Of a stretch of 64,000 bases of DNA, positions 1-11,097 are shown piece after piece; the first letter of the stretch is position 1; the number at the start of each line of letters is the position of its first letter. The stretch is from NCBI GenBank assembly GCA_950097015.1, contig CATNEN010000012.1, positions 744,001 to 808,000 on the forward strand. Direction: 5' to 3'. This DNA comes from Macrostomum hystrix. Lineage: Eukaryota > Animalia > Platyhelminthes. The position numbers and the translations under genes are program-made. The notes below the pieces were generated by a model, which searched no databases, had not been told where the DNA came from, and saw only the letters and a program-made list of their open reading frames with translations.

Positions 1-48
1 TCATATAATAAGGTTGGTTAAACAGTGCGGTTTTTTAATGTGTTATAA

Positions 49-644
49 GGCAGTGCTTATCCCTACGGTACCGTGGTAATAATTTTTGTCTTATTCCTAC
101 GGTACCGTGGGAATAATTTCCTGCTTATCCGCACGGCACACTGACGAGATAGCTGTCCTATCTTCAACATATTCCGTTGGCACTGTCAGACATTTTTTAT
201 GGACCTATTTTAACTTGGCCTAGAATAAAGTAATAGACTGGATTATAGACTTAGAAGGCTTGAGCTATAAGATTAGAAAAATACACACTTCAGTTGTATT
301 CTTTTGAATATATAAATAATAGAAATATATATTTTATATACTTTAAAAAGCCACCGTATTGGGTAACTACTTGCGAAAAAAGCAGAAAACTTTAATTTGT
401 TTACTTGCTTTTAAAAACCGGAAGAAAAAAGGAAAATTGCAGTCATGGTAAAAAGATAGATGATAGGACAGCTATCTCGTCAGTGTGCCGTGCGGATAAG
501 CAGGAAATTATTCCCACGGAATATGTTGAAGATAGGACAGCTATCTCGTCAGTGTGCCGTGCGGATAAGCAGGAAATTATTCCCACGGTACCGTAGGAAT
601 AAGACAAAAATTATTTCTACGGTACCGTGGGGATAAGCACTGCC
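49..644. mobile_element. Non-autonomous TIR element (MITE), Mutator-like by its 9-bp TSD
   Basis: ~130-bp terminal inverted repeats (GGCAGTGCTTATCCC...CAACATATTCCGT from 49; reverse complement ending ...GATAAGCACTGCC at 644). Flanked by GTGTTATAA (40-48) and ATGTTATAA (645-653), a 9-bp TSD with one mismatch. The right arm has a 69-bp tandem duplication (462/531). No coding capacity. Confidence 0.75.
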
Positions 645-1053
645 ATGTTATAAACAGTGCGGTAAAAACCACTAACTTCACTGCAGGGTAATGTGTTGCC
701 ATTACTATGTGGTAAAGTTAGTGGTTTTTATCGCGCAGTAAAATGTTGCTAACGTCGTTGTCACCAAAATGACTATCTCCAAAGTGACTTTTTGCCCAAG
801 TGATCATAACCCCCTGTGACCTATTTCAATGTCATGTCAATGAATCTAAATTATCCATATCATTTGCCAAAAATTCTATGGTATATTCTTGACCAAGAAT
901 TTTGATCCTGATATTTCAGTTTTTAGCATTAGACAATAAAGTGTATGTGTTTATGTGTAAACATCAAAATGGACTGCAATGGACCACAACAGCCTGCAAT
1001 GCTAATGTAGTAATGGACTGCAGTGTAGCAGTGGGACTGAGGCAGTAGTTTTT

Positions 1054-1477
1054 GGTACCTAGACACTTCGTCATCTTACAACTTCGTCATCCAGATGACG
1101 ATCTGTCTAATATCTTAGAGGGTGGATGACAAAGAGACTTAGACTTAAGAACACTTCGTCATCTATAAAACAAAAGTTTTCAAAGTTACAACAGAACCAC
1201 CACTCCCCACCCCTCCTCACATCGTGTTAGCACCTATCTTTCAACACTTACAATGAAATCAGTTTTGACACCTCTTTTTGACAATTTAGAGTGTGAAGTG
1301 TGTTCAAACCTCTGCCCCACCACCCCACCCTCACTTTATTGATGACGAACTTGATTGCTTGTTATTAGTAGATAACGAACTGACCAAACTTTAAAGCATG
1401 CCAATTGGCTAGATGGCGAAGTGTCCTTATTTCCAAGTGGATGACGAAGTTGTAAGATGACTAAGTTTCTAGGATCC
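1054..1477. mobile_element. Non-autonomous TIR element (MITE), Mutator-like by its 9-bp TSD
   Basis: ~40-bp imperfect TIRs (GGTACCTAGACACTTCGTCATCTTACAACTTCGTCATCCA versus the reverse complement ending at 1477). Perfect 9-bp direct repeat GTAGTTTTT at 1045-1053 and 1478-1486. Confidence 0.8.
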
Positions 1478-2588
1478 GTAGTTTTTTATCTGTGTGTCAA
1501 TTGATGTTTTATTTGCTAGACATTTTTTAAATCAGTAAATCATAAATATAATCTGAACTTGCACATGTTTGACCAAGTAAGTTATACTGCAACTCATATT
1601 TTGCTGTTTTTCACTATTGAGATTTTAGAATGTCAAACAGATATGAGCAACCTTTTAAAGTTGCTTGAAAGCACAATGTAATATATATATATATATATTT
1701 CCTTGTTCCCACTCTAGTCCATTGTAGTCCATTTTTGTGTTTTCTACCCAGAAAAATATGGGCTAAACCATAGTCAAGAAAGTGTCCAGTGTATACAGAA
1801 ACTAATTCTAGGGCCAACCAAGCATGTACACAATGTATGATAATTTCAATAGCCTTATTTTGAATTTACACCATATGATGAAGTCATTTCTTTATCATTT
1901 TCCTTACTTAAGAGACATATGAAGATACATTAATAGCTATGTATCCAGATAACTAAATATATGGATATTTCCAAATATTCCAATATCAAACAATCTTACC
2001 AAGTTTCTTGTTAGGAAATAAATAAGTTTGGAAACATCTAAATGATTTGTTTTATTAAAAAATTAGAAGTTATGTCTATTAGCAAAAAAACAATTAAAAC
2101 AAGTTAGTCATTCACAAAAATGTAAAATACAATTTTTTTCTCAGTTATTTTTTTAGCAGTTTAATCTTTATAAAAATGGACACATTCATAAATTTTATCA
2201 ATATTTTGCAGTTATGCTTATGCTAACCATTATTGTTGCCAGTAGCTATCATGAATTTGTCCATGGAGTTTTTACAATTTTTTTACAATATGTTTTTTTT
2301 CCTGCACACTTAGATATGTACATGTACATCATTTTTAGGAAGAATTGTACACCTAATTATTTCAGGCACAAAATATTTGCCAGAATATTCCCACATATGA
2401 ATACCTTCCTGAGTATAGGTGTTAATTCAACCAAATTTTATTGCTGTTCGACTCTTACAATGTTATTGTCATATCACGGAAGCCTTTTGATGATCCTCAT
2501 TTTTGTACTGCTAAATGGAAATTTTTTATAAAGATTCATATTCCTTGCTACTTCTGCTATTGCAGTCTAAAAATCATTTTGACGCCAA

Positions 2589-5500
2589 ATGGAACAACAG
2601 CCTGGTGTAGAGGGTCCAGTGCAACTCGGCCCCGGCCCCAGATTCGATGGAGGCCAAGCTGGAAATAATAATAACAATAATAATGTCAAACGTGGCGGTG
2701 GAGCTGGTGGCAGTCGAGCGCGCCCTTTTCAACGATTTTCGCGCGGCAGTGGCCGACCTATACCTCAGAGAATGGAGCCTGGTAGAATCATCCTGCAGCC
2801 TAACTGGCCTACTGAACTCGGTTTGTGACTGACTTGCACTCTCTGTGCCAAAACACTGTAACCAAATTTACCTAATACTGTGATCAGATTCATTAGATAT
2901 TGTGACTAGATTCGTCTGTTATTGTTACTAGATTTTTAAATCCGCTTTCTCGCACATCGCACTCCACTACTCAGGCTCAGCTCTGCACGGCCAGCAGCCA
3001 CACGGGGTGCCAGGTCCAACTGGCCGGTATTACCGGCCCGGTCCGCCCTACTTTAACGATCGCGTTGTGCAGGGGCCGCCTCCATTTGCAGTCGCTGTGC
3101 CGCCGGTTGCCTTGGTTGGCAGTCCAGCTGCGCCCGGCTTCAATCCTGCTTCGACTAGTGCCGATCCCAGGCAGCCGGGTGAGTTTGAGATGCAGCTTCC
3201 GTCGCGAAAATGCTATCAATTATCAACCCTAGCTAATTGCTCACTGTTCCCAATTTTAGAGGGCCTGGCCCTGATGTACGCCAGTGGCGGTCCCACGCCA
3301 GACAGGGCACCAATGTCCGAAGCGGTTGACCCGGACACTGGCACCCGGTCAGTCATTGTTAACGGCCTGCACTATTTTCCGGAGAACTTTGACAGCGACG
3401 CCGTCTGCGACGCTGTGCTAGACCAGATCCGGCATCAGATTGAGTTCTACTTCTCCGATGAGAACCTCACACACGATCTGTTCCTGCGCAGCATCATGGA
3501 CAGCGAGGGCTATGTCGGCGTGCAAACTCTCGCTGGATTTAACCGGGTCAACTATCTGTGCAACGGCAATCCCGAGGACGTGGCTGTCGCCGTCGAAAAG
3601 AGCGAACTCCTGGAGCTAAGCCCAGACGGTGGTCGGGTTCGTCGACGCGACGATCCGCAGCGCTGGCCAATCGATACTCCTGTAGGTCGCGATGATGCCG
3701 CCGCGGCCGATGCTCAACTTAACATTGACGCGCCAGAGTTTGTGCCCACTGCCGACCCAGGCGGGAGTAAGTCGGCTGTTGCTTTGCCAGATGTGCGTCT
3801 GTCTGATGCCTGTCTGCCTGCTGTCTGCTGCCTGTCTATTTAACCGGTCAGGCAGCACCTGTCTATTTGCTGCCTGTGTCTGCCTGCCTGTCTATCTGCT
3901 GCCTGTCTATTTGCTGCCTGTCTATCTGCTGCTTGTCTATTTGCTGCCTGTCTGTCTGCTGCCTGTCTATCTGCTGTCTGTCTATCTGCTGCCTGTCTAT
4001 TTGCTTCATGTCTGTCTTTTTTTTCCGTCTGACTGGCTGTCTTTCTATCTGTCTGGACGAAAAAACTTTATGTTCTGTTCTGTTTCTTTATTTTTTAGCT
4101 TAACTTACTCTTGAATATTAAAAACTTTTATATTTTAAGCTTTTTAAAAGTTAAAAAATGTAAGAAGCGATGCTTCCATTGTGCATGAATTAGTGACTAG
4201 CAGAGTACACTGTGCACATTCCATGGCATCGAACAGTAAAAATCTCTATGGAAATCTGACTAGTTGACTTCGATCAACTGGCGGGCAACTGCAGTGCTTA
4301 CGCTGGTTGAATTCCATCGCTGCTTGCACTGTGTTGCTTCGATTCCTACATTCTAGTTTTCAATTATCAACTGAAATAACTGAATAAAGTACCCACCTGG
4401 CCACGCGATCCGGTATTTCCCCCGGGGAGTCATCCGGGTGTCAGTGCATTTTTCCTATTTGAATTGTTGGATAAGGAGTTAAATTTCCAAAAAACACGAA
4501 AGTTAGTCACAGTTGGTCGATGCTTCCATTGTGCATGAACTAGTAAATAGCTTATGCTTATAGAGTACTACCTGTGCACATTCCATGGCATCGGATATTA
4601 AAGCTTGCTTGAACTGGAGCTAGTCTAACTGCAGGGATTGTAAAGCCTATGCAGCTGCTCTGTTCCGACATGTTCTTAGTCTCGTTGCGGAAGTTTTCGA
4701 TTTTTTTCATTTGCAAGACTGTGAGCAATGCTCTTCCGCTTCTAAATTGCAGAAGACGCCAGGCGAGCCAGTCAAGACGAATTGGACTTTGAATTTGATG
4801 CCGAACCTGCCAGCGCTGGCGACTCGCAGCCGCAGAAGCAGCCTGCGGTGAGAAGCCGGGTCAGGGCCATATCGACCACGGAGGATGAAGTCTCCGAAGC
4901 TGACATCAATCGTCTGCTGGTGGTGGCGCCGGCGGCTTCCGGTGGCTCCCGACGCGGCGGCCGGGGCCCGCAGCAGCGCGGCGGCGTCGGCGGGCGAATG
5001 ACGCGCGAGTTAGCTAGGCGGCTGGGCGACGGCATTGCCGATTATCAGGCGGCCATCTTGCGTCACGGCGGAGGCGGTGGCGGCGATGGTAGGCGACTCC
5101 GCCTGGTGCCCGAGGAGGTGGCCGCGTCGGCGTCGCCAGCTGCAGTCGGCGACGGCAAGGAAGCCGACAATGGCAACAGAGATGTCAGCGACGCTCCCTC
5201 CGGGAGATTCTTCCCAGCTTACGGGGGTGGTGGAGCCTGGCAGCAGCAGCAGCAGCAGCTGGCTGAGCAGAGTGTAGGCTATCTATTTGACATACGCGAA
5301 CACCGGGCCAGATCTAGGACTTCGTCAACTAGCAGCAGCTTCAGGTGAGCTTGTCAGGGCAAGCTACAAATGTCTGGACATGGTTATGTAATGTAGAATA
5401 AAAACATGCTCACACCCGCAGCGAGTACTCTCTATCGTCTAGCCTGCCCAGCAACTTGCCCGGCTCTCTGCCTCATTCGTCTGGTTTGGCATTCTCGCAT

Positions 5501-6888
5501 CCGTCACAGTCGCTGCTGCAGGAGCACGGCTTCAACTTTGTTGATTATAATCACTATCATCGGCGCTGCCTGCAAGGTGAGCTGCTCTGCCTGCTGTAAC
5601 AGCAGAACTTTCCTTGAGATAGACAGTCCTATACAGAACATGCAGTCCTAGAGTCAGCAGTCAGTCCTAGAGACAGCAGATACAGTCCTAGAGACAGCAG
5701 TCAGTCCTAGAGACAGCAGACAGTCCTAGAGATAGCAGACACAGTCCTATAGACAGCAGTCAGTCCTAGTGAGAACAGGCGATTATAAGCTAACTAAACC
5801 GACCCCACTGAGCAGATCGAGAGCGCGAAGGGCCCGGCCAGTCGCAGGAGATGAACACACTGTTCCGCTTCTGGTCATTCTTTCTTCGCGACAATTTCAA
5901 CTGGAAGATGTACAATGAATTTAAGCGGCTGGCACAAGAGGACGCGGCGCACGGTTCACGTTACGGCCTGGAGTGCCTGTTCCGCTTCTACAGCTACGGC
6001 CTCGAGCGCCGATTTCGCAAGGATCTGTTCCGCGACTTCAACGAGGTCACCCAGGCCGACTATCAGGAAGGCAATCTCTACGGCCTGGAGAAATTCTGGG
6101 CTCTGTTTCGCTACTCCACAATCGACCCGGCTGGCTTAGAGATCCACCCTGTACTGCGCGAGGCCCTTACTAAGTACACTAAGGTTGAGGACTTCCGCAG
6201 TGACAATGTGAGCTATGGCCTGAACTGTGTCTGTCCCACTACTATCTTGAGACTGTCCTCTGACCCACTTATAATTTCTGACCCCCTTCCTGTCTTGAGA
6301 CTGTCCTTTGACCCCTCCTAAATTTAACCCCTCCTATCTTTGACCCCCACATATCCTAAGACTGTCGTTTGACCGCCTCGTATCTTGAGACTGTCCTTTG
6401 ACCCCCTTCTAATCTTGAGTCTGTCCTTTGACCCCTTCCAATCCTGAGACTGTCCTTTGACCCCTTCCAATCCTGAAACTGTCCTTTGACCCCTTCCAAT
6501 CCTGAGACTGTCCTTTGACCCCTTCCAATCCTGAAACTGTCCTTTGACCCCTTCTAATCTTGAGTATGTCCTTTGACCCCTTCTAATCCTGAGACTGTCC
6601 TTTGACCCCTTCCAATCCTGAGACTGTCCTTTGACCCCCTCCTAACTTTGACCCCTTTCCTATCTTAAGACTGTCTTTCGACCCCTCAACTCACCCCATT
6701 CTTGTCGCTTCCAGTTTGTGCCGCCGCACGGATTTTTCGTTCGCAAGCGGAGCAGCAACTCGCGCTGTCTCAGCGAGTGCGAAGGCGTCAGCGGCGGCGC
6801 CGCAGCGTCGGCTTCTGGTGCATCGGCGGCTGACGCTAAAGCCGCGGCCGATCTGGCTAACTTTGCCACTAGCGCGCCCACAGCCTGA
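2589..6888 (+). CDS. LARP1: La-related protein 1 (La motif, PAM2, DM15 cap/TOP-binding domain), ~730-750 aa
   Basis: Phase-consistent exons: 2589-2781 (or -2820), 2975-3178, 3260-3766, 4753-5344, 5422 (or 5443)-5576, 5816-6207, 6715-6888 (TGA). La motif [27 protein letters not shown]; PAM2 motif [10 protein letters not shown]; ELDFEFD; [12 protein letters not shown]; DM15 repeats [31 protein letters not shown] and LYGLEKFWA. The start exon is less certain. Confidence 0.93.
3795..4015. repeat. 15-bp minisatellite (GCTGCCTGTCTATCT)n in LARP1 intron 3
   Basis: Tandem repeats read directly from the sequence. They explain the VYLLP/CCLSI ORFs. Confidence 0.85.
4168..4305 (+). ncRNA. Candidate box H/ACA snoRNA, copy 1, guide for 18S rRNA pseudouridylation (site equivalent to human U863)
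   Basis: Hairpin: stem CGATGC 4168-4173 pairs with GCATCG 4226-4231; upper stem TGTGCA 4180-4185 pairs with TGCACA 4213-4218; pocket strands TTCCAT and TTCCATG. Box H ACAGTA (ANANNA) at 4233-4238 lies 14 nt below the upper stem. The pocket is complementary to the conserved 18S segment CAUGGAA-UA-AUGGAA. A second hairpin follows (AGTTGA/TCAACT). The terminal triplet is ACG rather than ACA. Confidence 0.72.
4518..4654 (+). ncRNA. Candidate box H/ACA snoRNA, copy 2 (paralogue of 4168-4305)
   Basis: Identical stems and pocket (CGATGC-TTCCAT-TGTGCA 4518-4535; TGCACA-TTCCATG-GCATCG 4575-4593) with a diverged apical loop. Box H ATATTA at 4595-4600 has the same 14-nt spacing. The 3' half shares AACTGCAG with copy 1. 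The terminal triplet ATG at 4649-4651 is in the same position as copy 1. Confidence 0.72.
5640..5770. repeat. Short degenerate minisatellite (CAGTCCTAGAGACAGCAG-like) in a LARP1 intron
   Basis: About 6 imperfect tandem copies of an 18-22 bp unit. Confidence 0.7.
6250..6685. repeat. 29-bp minisatellite (GAGACTGTCCTTTGACCCCTTCCAATCCT)n in the last LARP1 intron
   Basis: About 14 tandem copies visible. Confidence 0.85.
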
Positions 6889-7844
6889 ATTCAAATAGTC
6901 AAAAGTTCACCTGAAGTTCACCTAAGGCGAAAATCGGACGACTTTTGATTGCTTAAATTTTCATTTTTTCGATAGAATTCTCTAATCGATTTCTAAAAAA
7001 CCTATTGATTACAGTGACTGGATTGTGGTTGTCAGGCCACTGACTAATTTTTCGTCTTGTCGTTTCCCCTACGCTTTTAAGCACTATTGCTTCTCTGCTT
7101 CTGAAAACTTCTAGATGTAAAATAAAAGCTAGCTCTATTTTGAATCCAAAAAAAATCTACATAACCTGTATAAAAAATTAAAAAAAAGAAAGCGCTTTGC
7201 CGAATACATCTGCGAATGCGTGTCCGCGTCATACTACTCATATTCGAATTTCAGGAGTTTCATTGGTTATGAATTTTTTTATCTAAATTAAGTACATGCG
7301 CTATGTTTGTGTTTTTACTTTATAGCGCTTCTTCCTCATTCTGGCGCCAATGTGTACTTTTGTGCGTGTGCCTATTTTAGACTTGTGTTTGCTAGAGTTT
7401 TAACCATAGAAGTCATTTTAATATGGGTGAGTAGGACCTATAAGTCCTTCTTCGCTTCATTTAAGGAGCAGTGGACGAGGGTAAGGAATATCACACGGAT
7501 TTCGTCTATGATAAAACTTGATCATTGTCCTTGTGGGTCCTTGATAAAACCAAAAATTTTGGCGACTGCAAGCTGCTGCATCTCGTAAAATATTTGTTAG
7601 TCCTAATTTCAGTCATGATCTACCTATTTATATTCATCTTTCATTGATGCTTGATGTCTGTTGATTGGTGCGAAAAAGATAGGAATGTAATTATTTTTTT
7701 GTAAATACTGAGAAAACATTGAATTTGGTGTATTTATTTTTGTACAAGTCTCTATTTTGTTTGTTTATATTATTATTAATAACTTATATAATGAAAAATA
7801 TCATCTTGGCATCAATATTGCTAATTAATAATTAGAGTTTAAAT

Positions 7845-8337
7845 CAGGGGTCGGCAAACTCCGGCCCGCGGGCCAGATGCGGCCCTCGAAGCTCCCAAAT
7901 CCGGCCCAATGTCTCATCCCTCCCGTGTCTCATCCCTCCCGTGTCTCATCTCTCCCGCGTCTCATCTATCCCGTGTCTCATCTATCCCGTGCCTCGTCTC
8001 TCCCGTGTCTCATCTCTCCCGTGTCTCATCTATCCCGTGTCTCATCTATCCCGTGTCTCGTCTCTCCCGTGTCTCATCTCTCCCGTGTCTCATCTATCCC
8101 GTGTCTCATCTATCCCGTGTCTCATCTATCCCGTGTCTCGTCTCTCCCGTGTCTCATCTCTCCCGTGTCTCATCTATCCCGTGTCTCATCTATCCCGTGT
8201 CTCATCTCTCCCGTGTCTCATCTCTCCAGTGTCTCATGCATCTCGCCCTTATATAATATTTCTATAATCAAAGCGGCCCGCTGTCGTCTTTTAGATTCTC
8301 TATTTGGCCCGCCAGCTAATAAGTTTGCCGACCCCTG
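7845..8337. mobile_element. Non-autonomous hAT (Charlie-type) element carrying an internal 16-bp minisatellite
   Basis: TIRs CAGGGGTCGGCAAAC (7845) and GTTTGCCGACCCCTG (ends 8337). Perfect 8-bp TSD GTTTAAAT at 7837-7844 and 8338-8345. Subterminal GGCCCGC motifs. Internal array (TCCCGTGTCTCATCT[A/C])n at ~7910-8240. Confidence 0.88.
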
Positions 8338-9194
8338 GTTTAAATAGTTGAAATAATCCTACCTACTATTAGTATTATAGTTGGCGCTGAATCAATAATA
8401 ATTGCCAAATCTGACTATTTTTAACTAATTTTATATATATATATATATTGTCTGTACGAGCGTAGATCTAGTTGCTAATGATTGGTTTCATATTGATTGA
8501 TTACCTGTCCATTGAAGGCTAACCATTAACGCGCCCATTTGTAAAAAATCTTTGAATATTTCTTTAAAAAAAAACAAAAAAACATGCCAGCATGTTGCGC
8601 TAACCTTTGTGGCTTTGTTGTCTTGTCGTGTTTTGAGAATCGATGAGTGATTCTGTGAAAAAAATTGTCTTATTGGGGTGTTGTCTAACTGTTCTGTGCT
8701 GCTGTTTAGTAATTCGCTTTTCGGCCAATCGTGAAACTTTATTTATTTATTTTTTTTGTTTTACTCTGTAGATCTATTCTGGTTGCCCTCTTTGCCAAAG
8801 CCTAATATGCTAGGAGACCTGTCAAAATTTCTGTTTTTTCTTCCAGCTCTCGCCACCTATTTTCGGGTTATAATTGATTTTGTAGCTTTTTTATTGAATT
8901 GGTTTCACTTGATTTTTATTGAATAAACAACAAGTTTACTAAGCTGACGCATGGAGATTAACTTTTCATCTTGTTGTAGTGACATCTTTACAGTTTTCGT
9001 TATATTTTTAATATAGTTATTTAAAGTGTAGAGAAATGTACCAAAACGTTTAATAGCTCGTAATATATAGTGACATCGGTATTGCTTCATTTGAATTAAC
9101 ACACGAACAACCCCTTAATAATAGTATTTTTCTGGCTATCTTTTTTGTTATTTCAAAAGCATCCTTTACATCAAATCAAAAAAAATTGTCGAAC

Positions 9195-10375
9195 CACCTC
9201 CCAGATCCCCATCATAAGCCACCATCCTCCCAGATCCCCATCATCAGCCACCCTCCTCCCAGATCCCCATCATAAGCCACCATCCTCCCAGATCCTCATC
9301 ATCAGCCACCATACTCCCAGATCACCATCATCAGCCACCATCCTCCCAGATCCTCATCATCAGCCACCATCCTCCCAGATCCTCATCATCAGCCACCATC
9401 CTCCCAGATCCTCATCATCAGCCACCATCCTCCCAGATCCCCATCATAATCCACCATCCTCCCAGATCCCCATCATAAGCCACCATCCTCCCAGATCCAC
9501 ATCATAATCCACCATCCTCCCAGATCCCCATCATAAGCCACCATCCTCCCAGATCCACATCATAAGCCACCATCCTCCCAGATCCCCATCATAAGCCACC
9601 ATCCTCCCAGATCCCCATCATAAGCCACCATCCTCCCAGATCCCCATCATAAGCCACCATCCTCCCAGATCCACATCATAAGCCACCATCCTCCCAGATC
9701 CCCATCACCAGCCACCATCCTCCCAGATCCCCATCATAATCCACCATCCTCCCAGATCCTCATCATCAGCCACCATCCTCCCAGATCACCATCATCAGCC
9801 ACCATCCTCCCAGATCCTCATCATCAGCCACCATCCTCCCAGATCCTCATCATCAGCCACCATCCTCCCAGATCCTCATCATCAGCCACCATCCTCCCAG
9901 ATCCCCATCATAATCCACCATCCTCCCAGATCCCCATCATCAGCCACCATCCTCCCAGATCCCCATCATCAGCCACCCTCCTCCCAGATCCCCATCATAA
10001 GCCACCATCCTCCCAGATCCCCATCACCAGCCACCATCCTCCCAGATCCACATCATAAGCCACCATCCTCCCAGATCCCCATCATCAGCCACCATCCTCC
10101 CAGATCCACATCATAAGCCACCATCCTCCCAGATCCCCATCATCAGCCACCATCCTCCCAGATCCCCATCATAATCCACCATCCTCCCAGATCCCCATCA
10201 TAAGCCACCATCCTCCCAGATCCACATCAAAAACCACCATCCTCCCAGATCCACATCATAAGCCACCATCCTCCCAGATCCACATCATAAGCCACTATCC
10301 TCCCAGATCCCCATCATCAGCCACCATCCTCCCAGATCCCCATCATAAGCCACCATCCTCCCAGATCCTCATCTC
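9195..10375. repeat. 29-bp minisatellite (CAGCCACCATCCTCCCAGATCC[C/T/A]CATCAT)n
   Basis: About 40 tandem copies. Confidence 0.92.
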
Positions 10376-11097
10376 GAACCACCATCTGCCCAGTTCCTCA
10401 TCTTGAACGGGGTCGACACATGCACTTTTAACCCTGACTTTAACGCCGGCAGTAAGTGCATTTTTTAGGCCTACAGAGTTGGTATGACGTCGCGTTGCTG
10501 AGGTGATATTCTGTGACTTTGCGTTCATTTTACCAAAATCATGACTTGTCACTACGGCTCTCAGACGAAGCTGTTAGCACTTCATCAGTCCTGTCTTCTC
10601 CTGTTTAACATAATCTCCCTGTCACTCAACTCTCAGCCTCTCCTTTTTGAATGTTCTTGCACAGCTTTGACTGTCTCGCGTCTCCTTAGAAATCTTCTTC
10701 CCTTCCTAGTACGTCAAAGCGCTGCATAATTCCTTTGATAATCCGCTCCGATCGCGTCCTCACAGACTGTGGGTGAACGACGAAATTGGGAATGATTTAC
10801 ACGGGACGGCTTGTAAACGACCCGGCCAAGAATCGAAAACAGATCCTTTCTTCTGAGGATTGGGTTCAGACTCCTTTATTGCAGAAATATATTTGAAATG
10901 GGGATTAAGGCAGGCCTCTGATCCGTAAGGTATAATGATGCGGCGAATCGTTAAATCTGTATTGCTTCGTCGATTGATTTCAGTCCGGCAACCTCGCAGA
11001 AATTGTCTTTGAGCTTTTATTTTCTGCTTGCTAGATTTAAACTGCTGCAAACTAGGAATCAATCTTAGTAATCAAAATGACCCTGGATTGCTCGCCA

